A stretch of DNA of 64,000 nucleotides from Spironucleus salmonicida (taxonomy: Eukaryota). Both the position numbers and the translations under genes were made by a program. Positions 12,195 through 25,317 of the stretch are shown here, piece after piece. Under the pieces are notes generated by a model. It was given only the letters and a program-made list of their open reading frames with translations. It was not told the origin of the DNA and did no database searches. Location of the stretch: positions 744,001 to 808,000 of the forward strand of contig NC_090598.1 in the NCBI RefSeq assembly GCF_000497125.1. Reading direction: 5' to 3'. Numbering within the stretch: position 1 is the first letter of the stretch; each line of letters opens with the position of its first letter.

Positions 12195-13463
12195 TCTTTG
12201 CACTATTGTATATGGTTTTCCAGGCTCGAATGAGAGCAGGCGCCAGCTGAGCGCACAAATGTGCGGGTAGCCCTCTGCTGGCGCCTTCAATAATAAACAG
12301 TTCAGTCCTAATCAGACCATAGCTCCTGCCCGCCGCCGTTGTGCCTGCCCAACATTCCCATCTGGATCCCTTGCCGCTAACGCGCAGCAACCCTAACTTC
12401 GGAGGGTAAACAAATGGGATGACGAGCGCATCTGTCTAGATGCTTCGAAACTAAATCTAGCCAACGCCGTCGCATTGTGGGCGCTCCCAGGGCTACATGG
12501 AAACTGAAACCGAGGGCTCTGTAGGGCCCATTCTTGCCACTGCGAGGGGACCCTTGATGCAGGAATAGATGCCGTAGGTCCAAGCTGGGGCTAGACACCG
12601 GTTAGGGAACCACCTGAGCGTATTCTGGGCCACTCCGGCAGGGATGACACAAAAGGCGTCATGAGTTTCTTGTGCTGGGGCTGCCAATGAAGGGCCCTGT
12701 CCACAGCCGGCAACAGGTGCAAGGAAGCTCCTGCTATCCTCATATTAATAATCTATGCTATATAATATAAAGCGTCACTTCAGATGAATCTCTGGCCACC
12801 GACGGTGTCCTTGGTAGCACTGCTCTTGGCCTTAGAAGGTCCAGTAGGCTTCCTCCTTATAGCAACGAATACGATCAGGACGATCAATGCCAGCAAAGCC
12901 AGCACACCTATGACAATTCCGGCAATCGCACCACCACTCAGCTTGTTACCGTTCCCCTCTTAGCAGCGCCCGCCCACCAGAGAATATCCACCCAGGCAGC
13001 TCTTGCAATTAGTCTCGCTATCAAACTAGCCCTCGCAAATGCACCTGTGGCTGAGCCCCAGCTGTCTGCAGTGCCCGTTTCCGGCACACTCCTAGGCCTC
13101 GCTAATGCAGGACTCGAAGACGCATTTCCCCTCTCTCAGCTTGAAGAATCCCTCGTTGCAGTCATGGCAAAACTTCCCGTTCGCCCCAGCCTAGCAGCGG
13201 CATTCAAATACTTACTCGTAGATGTGGACACACTCGCCATTACCAGCACATTCGTAGCCATCTCGGCCAATGCACGCCTTATTAGCGCAGGTGTGATTGT
13301 TGGTCCAGGAGAATCCTTTCTCGGTGTCGCAGTCGTCACAAAATCTGCCAATGAATCCAGGCTAGCAGGCGCATCCTTCAATGTCGTTGACAAAGTCTAA
13401 CACCTAGCAGGTTCCATTCCCAGAGCACGGGAGCGGCGAGGCCCTTCCGATGCAGTTGATGGA
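11743..13463 (+). repeat. ~1.7-kb direct duplication of ~32097-33817 (PGM 3' end, intergenic, 3' third of Cys-rich gene)
   Basis: Offset ~20354; near-identical with scattered SNPs; identity collapses around 13456-13463. Confidence 0.9.
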
Positions 13464-14699
13464 AACACACTCGTCTGCTATACTCTGGTAACCTTAAGTG
13501 CAGTCGACGCATCTACTATCTTAAGTATAACCAACTTAACACTAGCACAAAAACTCATTGTTATGATGCTCACAATGGCCCTAATTGTTGCATTAATTTT
13601 TATCAACAACACATTCTTCTGGTACACAATCTCCATTATTAACTTACTCAAATCCGATACGACATTATTCGCAATGAATTCCGCCACTAAGTGGTCCACA
13701 AGTACAATAACCGTCTTACCCGCAAGAGCCATTACCTGCACAAGGGAATTGATCTGATTTGTGAACATAGCAACTTTCTTTGTAGCAACTTCCTTCTGAC
13801 TACACATAACCAGAATCACAATTAGCACATAAATTTCCATTATGACCTTCTTTGCAGGAACAAGCTTTTAATGTCATATCGCATGTACCATTACCTTTGC
13901 ATTCTGTTTACGTTAGCTTATCTACACAAGCACTTGGTAAGCATTTTCCGTCCTAAGTCATAATTTCTTAACTGTTATTGCACAATTAGCATTAATTTCC
14001 GTTAACTCCCGAATTGCACGTACAAACACCCGCGTTGCAGGTCCCTTAACCATTGCAGACCTTATGCTCAAACACGCAAGAGCTCACAACACAGCCTTAT
14101 TGCGTCTTTGAATATCCCAGATTGCAGGTCAGGCAGTTGTGGTCAAGATCTGCATTATCATCTTAGCAAATGCACAATTTTGAGCCTGAAACCAATGTGG
14201 AATCGCATTTTTAGCTAAAAATAAAGCAGTGATCGCCCTGTACTGAGTCTTGGCACTGACGATAACAATAGCCATTTGGTCCTTTAACACTACCTTCTAT
14301 GCAGTTCTAGCATTATGCGCCTTCATACTCATTAAAGCACTAACAGTCAAAATCGCAGATTCCGTGGCCACTGCAAAGGGATTCTCCTTGGAAACATGTC
14401 TTTGATACACAAATTCCATCGTAAACCTGCAGATCCCCCAGACAATGTAAGCACCCTCTCGTAGGATCCATATGTTCAACTGAACACGTGCATACTTACT
14501 TACCTGGTAAAATTCCTGCGGTACAAGTGTATCCTCTACCGCAGTCCTTGCTAGTGCATGGCTTGAGGCACCCTTATCTAGTTGAGATGTATTATTCTGC
14601 GCATTAGATACAGTTTTCACCAGTATAACCTGTGTAACATTCACATTTTGTTTCTACGCATTCACCTTTACCACAGTCAGCATCAGTAGTGCATGTCAT
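12780..14699 (-). CDS. Cysteine-rich EGF-like membrane protein (CRMP/VSP-like), mosaic copy, 639 aa
   Basis: MTCTTDADCGKGECVETKCECYTGYTGENC...; repeated CxGxGxC / CxCxxGxxGxxC units; C-terminal KLSGGAIAGIVIGVLALLALI TM followed by RRK tail. Confidence 0.92.
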
Positions 14700-15156
14700 T
14701 TTTAGTAAAATAGTGGTAAAATGTTTTAAATATTTATGTATATCTTTAATAGTATTTTTGCTAATGTGGAGTAAACTTAAAAATTTATATAGATATCAAT
14801 ATTTCCAAATAATAATATTTAACCTAATTTTAATGTGATTTTTAACTCAAAAATAAATACGAATTAATACTATATTATATTGATAACATAGCAGAAAAAT
14901 CTTCAAAAAATATATAGATTAATTTATAGTTATATATTAATGGTCATTACTATATTTGCACACCATGTAATATATACAACGATGTATATTATAAATTAAT
15001 ATATATTACTATATAAAATATAAACTAAACTTAAATTTAACTCACGCAAAAATAATATTATTCGCTAGAGTTCTAAATTAGACATGAGTAACTATAAGAA
15101 TATATGTGATCTTTATCCTAATAATCCTCCTTTTATTACCCCATGATAAATTACAA

Positions 15157-15420
15157 TCAATTATTCTTCTCTGAATGCCTGTATTTCACTGAATCTATTA
15201 CTGAACTTCCTAATTCGTTCTCAAAGGATACTGGTAATCTAGGAGGATCAAATAAGATATTTAGTGTTGGATTCAGCCTAGTTCGCTTTATTCTGATCTT
15301 ATCATAGACCTGCCGTCACGTTTTACATGGAAAAAACTATGAGCACTCTGAGGGTGATAAGATCTAAAATAACTACCTTAGAAGAATATCCTCACCAATT
15401 TTTCAAGCATGTTTGTTTAT
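15157..15420 (-). pseudogene. Myb-like pseudogene, paralogue of 2123-2338
   Basis: (ATA)NKHA*KIGEDILLRQLFQILSPSECSQFFPCKT*RQVYDKIRI aligns with MPRQAWSLSEVIVLKQLL...PNKTKRQIYDKIRI; start is ATA and there are two in-frame TGA. Confidence 0.75.
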
Positions 15421-16469
15421 TTTAACCTGATTACTAAAAGCAAAGCAGATCGATTATTGTGAAATAAAATTATGAATTTTAATTTGATGAGTTTAAATAA
15501 TTAATATATCTATATATTGTTATCTAATACATATAAATATATATTTATTTCTAACCTAAAGGAGAGTCAAACGTGGATTACAATATATAAAAATATCATA
15601 CACTAACTATAATATTTATTCTCTAACAATATCAATTTTTAATTGATAATTAGAAATGTAAATTTTTGTTAATTAATAACTATTTATACATAAGTTTTTA
15701 TTTGCATTTATTCAGTTTTATAAGTTTGGCTGTTTAACATTATATACGTGTATAGCACGAATTTTTAAAGAACTTAGTCACGAACAATAAAACACTATTT
15801 ATGCACACATAATTATATTATTTTTATTTGAATAGATATTATAAAAGCATAACCGCAAAACTCTACTCTATCTGTATAAGTGTATCCTTAAAGAAATATC
15901 ACAAGTATTGATGAAACATGATTGGATCTGCGTACTACCTATTGAGTAATATTAATATTCTTACTATCAAACTATATGATAATTCCTTATTTGTTAATGA
16001 GCTTAAGTTATTTGCAAAAATTGTAATAGCATCAATCAGCGACAGACTTTTCAAGTTAATCATTACTGATAAATTACATTCCAAATTATAGTTATTCTTA
16101 TTTTATGAAGTTTAAACCTATATACAGCCATAAATATGTTCTACCTGCTTCCATTTTTAAACCACAAATTTTGCTCACTGAATAGGATATACTTGCCTAT
16201 GAAGCATATAGAAATGATTTAATCAGAAATATGAGTTAGTATTAGTATACTCATAAGTAGGTTGAACCAAATAAATTTAATTCAATTGTAATAATCTAGC
16301 TTGTCTTGATGCACCAGCTAGTTATCAAGAGATTATAAGTTTAATAAAATGCTGAATTAGTTATAATCCTTCCTCTAAACTAATAAACAATGTAAAAATA
16401 ATGCCTTATATACTAGAAAGTAAATATTAATGTATTTAGTCATGCAAAGTAAATGGAAATAATAAACTA

Positions 16470-16859
16470 TCACCTACACTGCAAAATCCTCCATTTCTAT
16501 TTTACTTTGCAACTAATTACTTCTATGAGACTTATAAATCCTGCAGTTAACATAATCATCAGAATGCCTATGCAAATTAAAATAATATAGTTTGATATAA
16601 TTTAAGATTAAGTGTTTAGAATTTCCTCCACATTCCCATATGTTACACTAACTTATGTAAAAACTAAATCACTTTTTATTTTGAGTGTGTATATTTGATT
16701 TTTATTATAACTCTGCTAGAAAAAATGGCTTACATCATCTACTAAAACTTTAAATAATTAATTCTTTGGAATAAAACAAATATCATTTGAAGAGTATATA
16801 TAAAGTACAGCATCCTACCTGGAATAATGAGTGAAACAATTCGATAAAGCGAACAGCAT
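16470..16859 (-). CDS. Small membrane protein with C-terminal TM, 129 aa
   Basis: AAAATG; MLFALSNCFTHYS...YIILICIGILMIMLTAGFISLI...; TGA stop. Confidence 0.6.
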
Positions 16860-16972
16860 TTTTCATTTTTATATATATGCATATAATAATATATCAATTT
16901 TAATTTTCAAATACTAATTTATAACTATTATGTATTTAGATTAGTTTTTCACTTCATTCCGCAATTTTTCAA

Positions 16973-17830
16973 ATGGAGCTCAACTTCGCTTTGCACGCCC
17001 AGCGCCTGCAAACACTAAACATCGTCCTATCCCCTGAGGAAATAGCGATAATCGATGCTGCCCGTCCGACGCTGAAGGTATAATTCCAGCTCTCAGAACT
17101 TAAATTTTTCGGCAGAATTCAGACCATAAAGCAGCCGTACAGAATCCTCATCGGAACACTCGAGAGCAAGAAGGTTTTCCTGGCATCAGCTGACCTCAAA
17201 ACCTGGACTTTGCTGCCAGAAATGAATGCTAAAATCGAGAAAAAATTAGCTGAAATTGGTTTCGGAATTACTTGTAGAGAGCCGTATTTTGGCAAAATTA
17301 CGAAAAAGCTACCCGTTTAAGAAGTGGAAAATGAGGAAGAGAAGGAAGAAAAAGAAGTAGTAGAGGAGAAAGTGGAAGAAGAGGAAGGGGAAGAAGAAAA
17401 AGAACAAGAAAATGTTGAGTAAAAAGAGGAGGAGTTCAAAGTTAAGATGCTGGAAGCGCACAGGCTCAGTTTTATGATCAACAACATCAGCAATAGCATG
17501 CGAATCGTGTTTCTAGACGCGTTCATCAAAAGCGGCAGTCAGGAGGTCCAGAACTCGCAGTTCAGGGGCCTCGTGAAGCCTGCTCTATAGAATTTAGCCC
17601 TCCAGGAGGAGTTCGATTTGTACCTCCAAGGAAAGGTTGAAAAGGAGGCCATCAGGACGCTCGTGGACGAACCCGCCTGTCACTACTACACCGGCGAGTT
17701 TGACGTCGTCAGAAACTGCTTGATTGTAAGGAACATCTACTACAAGGGCCTCATTTTCTATGTCTTCAGCGGTACGCTCGTCTGGGGCGTCGCGTATGAC
17801 GGGAACGGTCTGGCGTACGATGTGGTTTGA
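16973..17830 (+). CDS. RSPH9: Radial spoke head protein 9 homologue, 285 aa
   Basis: LSPEEIAII...LKFFGRIQTIKQPYRILIG...WTLLP, acidic insert, EAHRLSFMINNI, C-terminal LIVRNIYYKGLIFY...GVAYDGNG match the RSP9 pattern. Confidence 0.8.
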
Positions 17831-18713
17831 GGGGCTTAAGTGAGGGTTATTGGGTTTTTTGGTGAGATGAGTTGAAATTTGGGGTTTGGGAGCCAGGATT
17901 TGTACGCTTAGACCTGTTTGGTGAGAAGAGGTGGTTCAGGATTGGTTGGGATGATGTGAAGAATGTGTATTAAATAGATAAGTAGTGATTAGTTTTTGAT
18001 GCAATTGAGTGTTATAAGAAGGGTAGGTGAAAATACACTAAATTGGAGATAATAATATAGTGAGTTTACCTGACGTGGATCAGAGGAGGATGATTTGATA
18101 AATTAATCTCGCAGAATAAGCATGGTTGGGAATGTTAATTTATACAGAGATTGAACAAATGGATGTTGAGGAATAAATTTGGTGGTAGAAATAGATACTT
18201 GACAATTCTTCTTTAATTGATTACAGGAGGACTTAGAAAGCAGTATTTGGGGTGAAATTAAGGTTGTGATTTGCAATCGTAGGTTTGTATTTTCTTGGTA
18301 TAATCAAGTTGGGGAACTTTTTAAATTTTGGTACAATGTGGCTGAATTTGGTTCAAGAAAGCTAGATATCAAGGAGATCGAACTTTATGAATTCAGAGAT
18401 GTTTTAATCTATTGTTAAGCAGAGGGACAAGGTTAGTATCGGATATGATTGTGAGCTGTTGGTATTAAGTGTGAATTTAATTTGCTAATTTGTGAATTTT
18501 TATTACCTGATAGATATAAAATTTCTATTTTAACATATATTTAACGTCAAAGTATTTACCATGTAAGTGTTAGAATTGTTATATGAGATTTAATTTATAT
18601 ATGCAGTTTTTTGCTAACTAAAACGAATTAATAAGATGTAAAACTATACATTTAAGACTAAAATAATATATTTAATACTTAATATTATATCTATATAATT
18701 ATGTATTTTCAAA

Positions 18714-19319
18714 ATGTTTACAACTCCCTCAGTTCTAGATTTAAATACAGGATCGAAACTAGGATCAGGGACAAAAATACTTAAATAACCTGCATTGCAT
18801 AATTATAAGCTTCCTTAAGTTAGGCCAACCCCTAATATCTCTTATGCGACTTAGTAACTGTAAATCTTACCAGTTGTTCAACATTAGTTCATATATCGAC
18901 CAAATTTTTAACCAACAAGATAATAATAGATTGAATATGCAGTATAACTTCTAAAAAATCGAAATAAACGACTTGGACTAAATGTACCTGTCGATGACTC
19001 TCTGACATCTGATTAAGCTCTTTTGAGTCTGTAATAATTTAGAAAACAATTTATTATTAGAGCAATTTCAATTTTGGACCTGATAACATTGAAAGATGTA
19101 GTTATTCTAACAAAAGTTCTTTCCAAACCTCCATTTATAGGTAAAAAAACTAGATTTATTACTAAAGAGTAATTTACTTAGATATTGTATCTGTAATTTC
19201 CAACACTAGCTGTTATTCGAAATATGGTTAATCTCTGTGGAGATAAAACCTTTCTATATTAAAATGAAGCCGATAAATTATAGTAAATATTATTAAACCG
19301 ACCGAAATACAGGTAGTGA
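18714..19319 (+). CDS. Hypothetical protein, 201 aa
   Basis: AAAATG start, open 202 codons with TAR=Gln, ends TAG TGA. Confidence 0.65.
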
Positions 19320-19843
19320 GTTATAGTATATGTTAATTTTATCTTATTTCCGTATAATTGGATATTGTCATTAAATAATGATACAAACAATGTATTTAGT
19401 ATATCATTTATTTACAGATTGTTCCAAATAAAAAGATAGATATAATGTACATGATATTTCTAAGCGGTAACATTAATTTGAAGCTTAAATTCTAAACGCA
19501 TACAAAAATAAATAATTCTTTCATATTATTAGATTAAATTTTTATACTAATAAAATAATTTATGTTAATAACTTGCTAAGTAGAATATCTTAGCTGATTT
19601 ATAACCAGATTTAGAACGTGTATTTCATAATCGATAGAGGTTTGATGGCAATATCAAAAAATTAGTGTTTTATCTTATAAAATGACTTTGAATATGCAAT
19701 TTTTATTAATTCGTATTCAGTGAATATTAGTAAAAGTATATTAATTTTGTTATTTTATAAAACTTATAAGCGATTTTTACTATAAAGAAACCAGCAAAGT
19801 TTTTAACCTGAAATTATACCTATTAACATAAAATGAAAATAAA

Positions 19844-20284
19844 TCAGTTTTTTTATCTAACAAAAAAGCTAATAGTGACATAGCATAGGGAAAATAGAAG
19901 AGTGCATGAAATAAAAGTGTACAAGATTGTAAAATTCGACTGTTTAAGCTTCATATTTGGAAAAGTAATTGTATAAAGAATATCAACACAGGCTTAGCTT
20001 GTTAGATTTTAAAAAGATAAATAATTTTACATTAGTTTTGTAGTATTATTTTATTTTTTGCCAATTTAAACATATAATGTTTCATTTTAAAGCTTATTAG
20101 TGTCAATTTCTGCTACATCAAAATAAAAATAAACAGAGTTTAATGCGTTTTAATCTGATGATAATTTATATGTAAAGTTATTCTTATTCTATTTAAATTA
20201 TAACGAGCCATCAATGAAAAATCTTGTAAATGCTTAAATTAAAATTGTATTACCACCCAAATAAAGATCTGTCGAAAACTCCAT
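19844..20284 (-). CDS. Hypothetical protein with C-terminal TM, 146 aa
   Basis: MEFSTDLYLGGNT...FTILYTFISCTLLFSLCYVTISFFVRQKN*. Confidence 0.6.
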
Positions 20285-20346
20285 TTTTAAAAATTAATTA
20301 ATTATAATGATATAATAAATATATTATTATTCTACAAATTTTGTAA

Positions 20347-20682
20347 ATGCGAAATCAATCATTACCAAATCTTCTCCCTTTAGACAAAGAAGTTTATAAC
20401 GAAGATGTTTCGAGACGTATTATTCACAGAAAGTCATTTTTGTGCAACAAAATGATTAATTTTGAGCATTCTTAGGAGAAACGAGTTTGGCGAAATTCAT
20501 TTTCTCTCTTAAAGCAGAATCAGCTAACACCAGAGATGACGTACGATTTTGAAGCAGATTTTAAGGTTCTAGAGTCCTCATAGGATGAAAATTCGTCTGA
20601 GGCAGAAATCATGAAAATCTCTTAGATAAAAAGAAAAAATACAAAGCTTATAAGTGATTTTAGGAAGCGAAATCTGAAATGA
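20347..20682 (+). CDS. Hypothetical protein, 111 aa
   Basis: MRNQSLPNLLPLDKEVYNE...; divergent from 20284 gene; TGA 10 nt from kinase stop. Confidence 0.6.
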
Positions 20683-20692
20683 GCATTCTTTG

Positions 20693-21631
20693 TCACTCGA
20701 CCACCTGTTCTTCTTCGTCATCGGCGGCCTTTTCCTGGTCGGCGGCGGCAATCTCTTTAGTGCAGATTTCCGTCCACTGCGCAAGATAATCTTTGTCCTC
20801 AGCTACGAAGTCGGACTTCAAAATATCGGCAAAAGTTGGTCTGGTAGCGGCATCCAGAGTGAGCATTTCCTTGATTAGTTTGACCGCAGAAAGTGGCATC
20901 TGCCCATTGTCAATTTTGGCTTGAGGGAAGGTTACCTCGCCCTTGCATATAACTTCCTGTAGCTGTTCGTGCGTTGCAGCATCAAAAGGATATCTTCTCA
21001 GTAACATCAGGAATAAGAGAATACCCGTTGACCAAATATCGGCTTTCTGGCCGTCATAATCGCGACGTTTTAAAACCTCCGGAGCAACGTAGTACGGTGA
21101 ACCACAAGAAGTACGTAAAAGCGTTCTCTTTGACTATGACGCAATATCTTGGTCTTCGTTATAAATTGCAGATAAACCAAAGTCAGATATAAATAGCTGA
21201 TTGTGATCTTCAGACATTAAGATGTTTTCGGCCTTGATATCTCTATGGGCAATCGAATTCAGATGGCAGTACTCCATTGCAGAAGCGCCTTAGATGAACA
21301 ACCTACGCACCTGGTGCAAAGGGAGTCGCTGCTGCTGGAGCAACTAGAGCAAATTACCTCCACCAATAAAGTCCATAACGATATAAAGCTTGCGTTTAGA
21401 GGCTAAAATGAAGCGAGAGCGCACGATATTAGGATGCTTAAGCGTTTTCATGACCTTGATTTCGGTTTTGATGTGTTTAAGTTGGGAAGGGGTTAAACGA
21501 TCAATATTCTTAATAACCTTCATAGCAAACATATTGTCCTCCTCATCTGTAACTAAATACACCTCAGCATAAGCACCTTTACCAACAGGCTGCTGAATGG
21601 TATATGGGCCCACCTTTTTCTTTTCAGCCAT
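20693..21631 (-). CDS. Ser/Thr protein kinase, CAMK/SNF1-CIPK-like, 312 aa
   Basis: GKGAYAEV, AMKVI, HRDIKAEN, DFG, TSCGSPYYVAPE, DGQKADIWS, YPFD. Confidence 0.95.
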
Positions 21632-21816
21632 TTTTTAGATTGGAGCGGTAGGATTTTAACGAATAATACATTATTATATAATTTCTAACTACATTCAAAC
21701 TTCCTAAGTTTTGCGTCGAAAAAACACTAATATATAAAAATTATATCCAGAACAATACGAAATTTCCTCCGGAACGGAATTTTTAATATTAAAACCACCA
21801 CATAATAATCGATTTT

Positions 21817-23019
21817 TCATTCACCGAAACGCACCGGCCGGCCTGCAATCGCGCGCTCAATTCGCGCTACGTCGTCCCCAGCGACCGCGCGGCCCAGAGC
21901 GAGCAGCATCCGCTAGAAAATGACGTTATCGCCTTTCCGCTAAACCGCGAAGTGGAACCAGCTCGCACTCTCGTTTTGAACCATTTCCGGTCCAAAATTC
22001 GTTATATCAGTTCCCTTCCTTATTTTTTCCACTCCAAATGGGCAAAATCTCAAAATCTCAAAAATTTTAGAAACCTCGAAATTTTCGCTCCCAGAAAATA
22101 TTTCTACGGCGTTTCGAATCGCCCTTCTACTGATATAACGAAATTCGCGGTAAAGCTGCAATTTGAGCATGTTGGCGTCCTGGGCAGCCGGCGCCGGCGG
22201 CAGTTTTTTGAGCCCAAAACGGCCGTTTTCGAGCACGAAAACCAGCGCTTTAAAAGTCTCGTTTCCGAGCGTTCCGTCCCGTCCCGCGAGCGCGAAAGCG
22301 CGCTCTGCAAGAACGCCGGAAACGCGTTTTCCGAGCCCCGAAATGAGTTCCGTTATATCAGTAAAAAATTTATTTTCTGGAAAAAATTATTTTCCACTCT
22401 AAATTTTGGATTTTCCGCTTTAATTTTTACCTTCCACTTATAAATTTGTAGAATTTTGCGAAATTTCGTCGTTTTTGCTCGAAAAAGGTAAAATTTCGTC
22501 TCGTGGCGCCTGGATTTCCTCGGTTTCTACACTTTCACTTTCACTCGAATTTTGTTATATCAGTTGGGAGACGAATTTCGCTTCATTTTTCGCTCCTTTT
22601 CCATTCCTATTTCCCTTCCTTTCCGCTCCTTTTTAACGCTCAAAAGCGATTTTCGAGAGCTACAAATCGCGCTGGATCCTGTCCTTCAGCTGCCGCTCGT
22701 CGGATTCGAAGTCCAAAATTCGACTAATTTCGTACTTTTGGCTCAAAATTTGGCGCCGATTTTGCATTTTCGCTTCAAGTTTCCGTAGATTTTCGATGTT
22801 TCTGGCGATAAGGTTATGCTTCGATTGTTATTATTATACAATTTTTGTTAATTACGGTTTCGTGGGAGCGAAGTTTTTGTTGATTTCGGGGAGCGCGAGG
22901 AGCGGGGAAGTTGGTAGTTGCGGTGAGGGCGTAGAGACCTTGCCTGCGTGTAAATATGGTTTTAGGTGCCGTTTGGGGGGCTGCAGCTGCGAAGAAATGC
23001 CGGGGGCGTCTAGCAGCAT
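21817..23019 (-). CDS. Hypothetical protein, 400 aa
   Basis: AAAATG at 23019 (MLLDAPGISSQLQPPKR); single frame including track ORF 21940-22236; TGA at 21817. Confidence 0.7.
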
Positions 23020-23152
23020 TTTTGCGAAATGGAGTGGAATTCGTATATAAATTATATAATAATCGTATTAGTGTTATTTTGAGTGTGGAAGGGAAATGAA
23101 AAAATGAAATAGGCTGGTAATGAATCGAATCTAAGTAAAACAAAATAAAAAA

Positions 23153-24238
23153 TCACTGAATTTGGGCAGATATTGAAAGCTCGACAGTTCCGTGCTCTTA
23201 GTTGCTGTCATTTGTGTTAATGTTTACCAAAATGAGCTCTTCGGGTAGCTTGTTTTTGCTTTTTTTGTCAAAAATTAGCGTTTGGATAAAGGTTACACGG
23301 TCTACCCAGCTTAGCGTGCTTGCAACGAACAGACTGTCGGTTCTGGGGTACTGATCTGATATAACTTTACTGAAAAAGTAGGGGAAAAACACAAAATGGT
23401 ATATGACGAATACAATCGTGCCGATGAGAAAGGCAGAAGCGTAACTAGTTAATATATACGGTGTTAGGTATTTTTTATTCTTTAACACTCTTTGTTATAG
23501 TGGTTGCAGTAAAAAATTATTAGAAATTGTGAATCCGTAATTTAAATGCGACTAATAGTGAATAGCACGTGAGTTGATAATAACTGGGTCTTTCTCAGTA
23601 AGCATCGCTAATTCTTAAAATATTATCGTGTGCAGTGCAAGAAGGCTAATAAAGATAATTAAACGATCAGCAGCGGTTAACATTTCCGTTGGCATAAACC
23701 TCAAAATATGGTGCCGGTAAAAGAATATGTAAATAGCAGATCGTACTGCAGCTAAAGGTACGTCAGGATTAACTATATAGTAAAATACCCAGCTCATAAG
23801 ATACCAGAATACAATTTTTACAATGTATTAGTCGGCAAGAAGATGATGATCAAAGAAAAATAGCGACGCCATCACACAGAAAGTAAACCAATAACTGTGT
23901 AAAGTAATTTGGGTCATTGAACCTGAAAAATATCGCAAAGTAAAGAATGCTTCTAAAATAAAAGCAGTAATTCCGATACCAACTACAAGTATTGATATCA
24001 GAATATATTTTGTAGGATAGTTAAACTGATGAAGCCATTTACTATGTTCCTTAAAGATTTTTTAAGTAAGAATCGATGAAAGAGTAAGATTTGAAATAGC
24101 ATCAGAGTAAAATTTATCGAACACATCTAGCTTAGTACCACAAATAAGAAAAACCATACCAAATACTATAATTGATATAGGAAGAGATGCTACAGCAGCA
24201 AAGAACGACTTAATGATTTAGAAAATTAATTTAGGCAT
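23153..24238 (-). CDS. Multi-pass membrane protein, 361 aa
   Basis: Joins track ORFs 23615-23797 and 23198-23488 in one frame; several hydrophobic helices; ends CAG TGA. Confidence 0.75.
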
Positions 24239-25038
24239 TTATCTCTTAAATCTGATAATAAATAATATGAACTAAACTAGTATATTAAAATGGAGTGTAA
24301 GTTTATGACAGTAAAATAGCAATAAATTTATTTTATTCTATATAATATATTATTAAAAATCTGTAAAATTATATATATTATTAATTATGGAATTAATTGT
24401 ATATATTTTATAATAATGATGATACTTTATACTAGTAGTCTCACTATGCTGAATCATCATCTAGTAAATAAAGATCAGCTCAAATTAACATTATAAATGT
24501 TATTCTTTAACTTTAAATCAATTAAACATTAATTAAGATTACTATTATGCTATTTTTTACTGAGTTGACTATTTTATACTGATTGTATTCTGATTTTCGC
24601 CTAATATCTAAATAGAAATATTCATTTAAGTATGATCTCTCATTATCAACGCCATTTAAATACAATATTACTTGTATCAATTTATTTATTACTACATATA
24701 TGTCATTTAACGTTAAATTAGTTTAGATTTCTCAATTTAAATAATAATTATAGATACAAGAAATCCTAGCTTGAACTGCTGTCTCTTAACACTACATTTG
24801 ATACTTTTCCCTAGAAAATCAACTATATCATTCACAATCATAAATTTTCCAAAATATTTATTCCAACTTTAATAAACTTTTTTCTTTACCTGATTTTGAA
24901 ATTGCTTTTGTATTGTGATAAATTTTTTTTATGTTATGACAAAATTGCATAGCTCATTATCTTTTATACATTGATAAATCAATATACACCCAAATTCACA
25001 GCAAAATAATTAATCTATATTAAGCAAATTACAATACT

Positions 25039-25317
25039 TCAGTCGATTGAAAGCATCCGGATTAGTGTTTCCATCAAATCTTCGCAATAATGATGTGTTT
25101 TCTTAGGTACATCATCATGAACAACAAATCGTTTTAGCTCTTAACTTTTGGCGTATTTTCCTGTTGCTTTTCTGGAAAGATCATAATATTTTTGCTTTAC
25201 CTGTGATTCAGATAGTTCCGGGAACAATGTTTGCTGTAAGTCTCTCCAGTTCATGCCATTAGCCTCCACATAGTTCAAAACCTGTTGGCATTCATACGGA
25301 GTCCACCTATGTGTCAT
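25039..25317 (-). CDS. Single-repeat Myb-like protein, 92 aa (left palindrome flank)
   Basis: MTHRWTPYECQQVLNYVEANGMNWRDLQQTLFPELSESQVKQKYYDLSRKATGKY... Confidence 0.88.

Noticed and set aside
15157-15420. TGA recoded as Trp or selenocysteine in a Myb gene
   Set aside because: One TGA is at a Trp column but the other is at a Lys column and the start is ATA; ordinary pseudogenisation is simpler.
17840-18480. G/T-skewed stretch that looks coding
   Set aside because: The frames I checked contain TGA stops and no recognisable motif; at most a decayed gene.
19378-19836. 152-codon AT-rich ORF on +
   Set aside because: With only TGA as stop, ORFs of this length arise by chance in AT-rich DNA; no motif or codon support.
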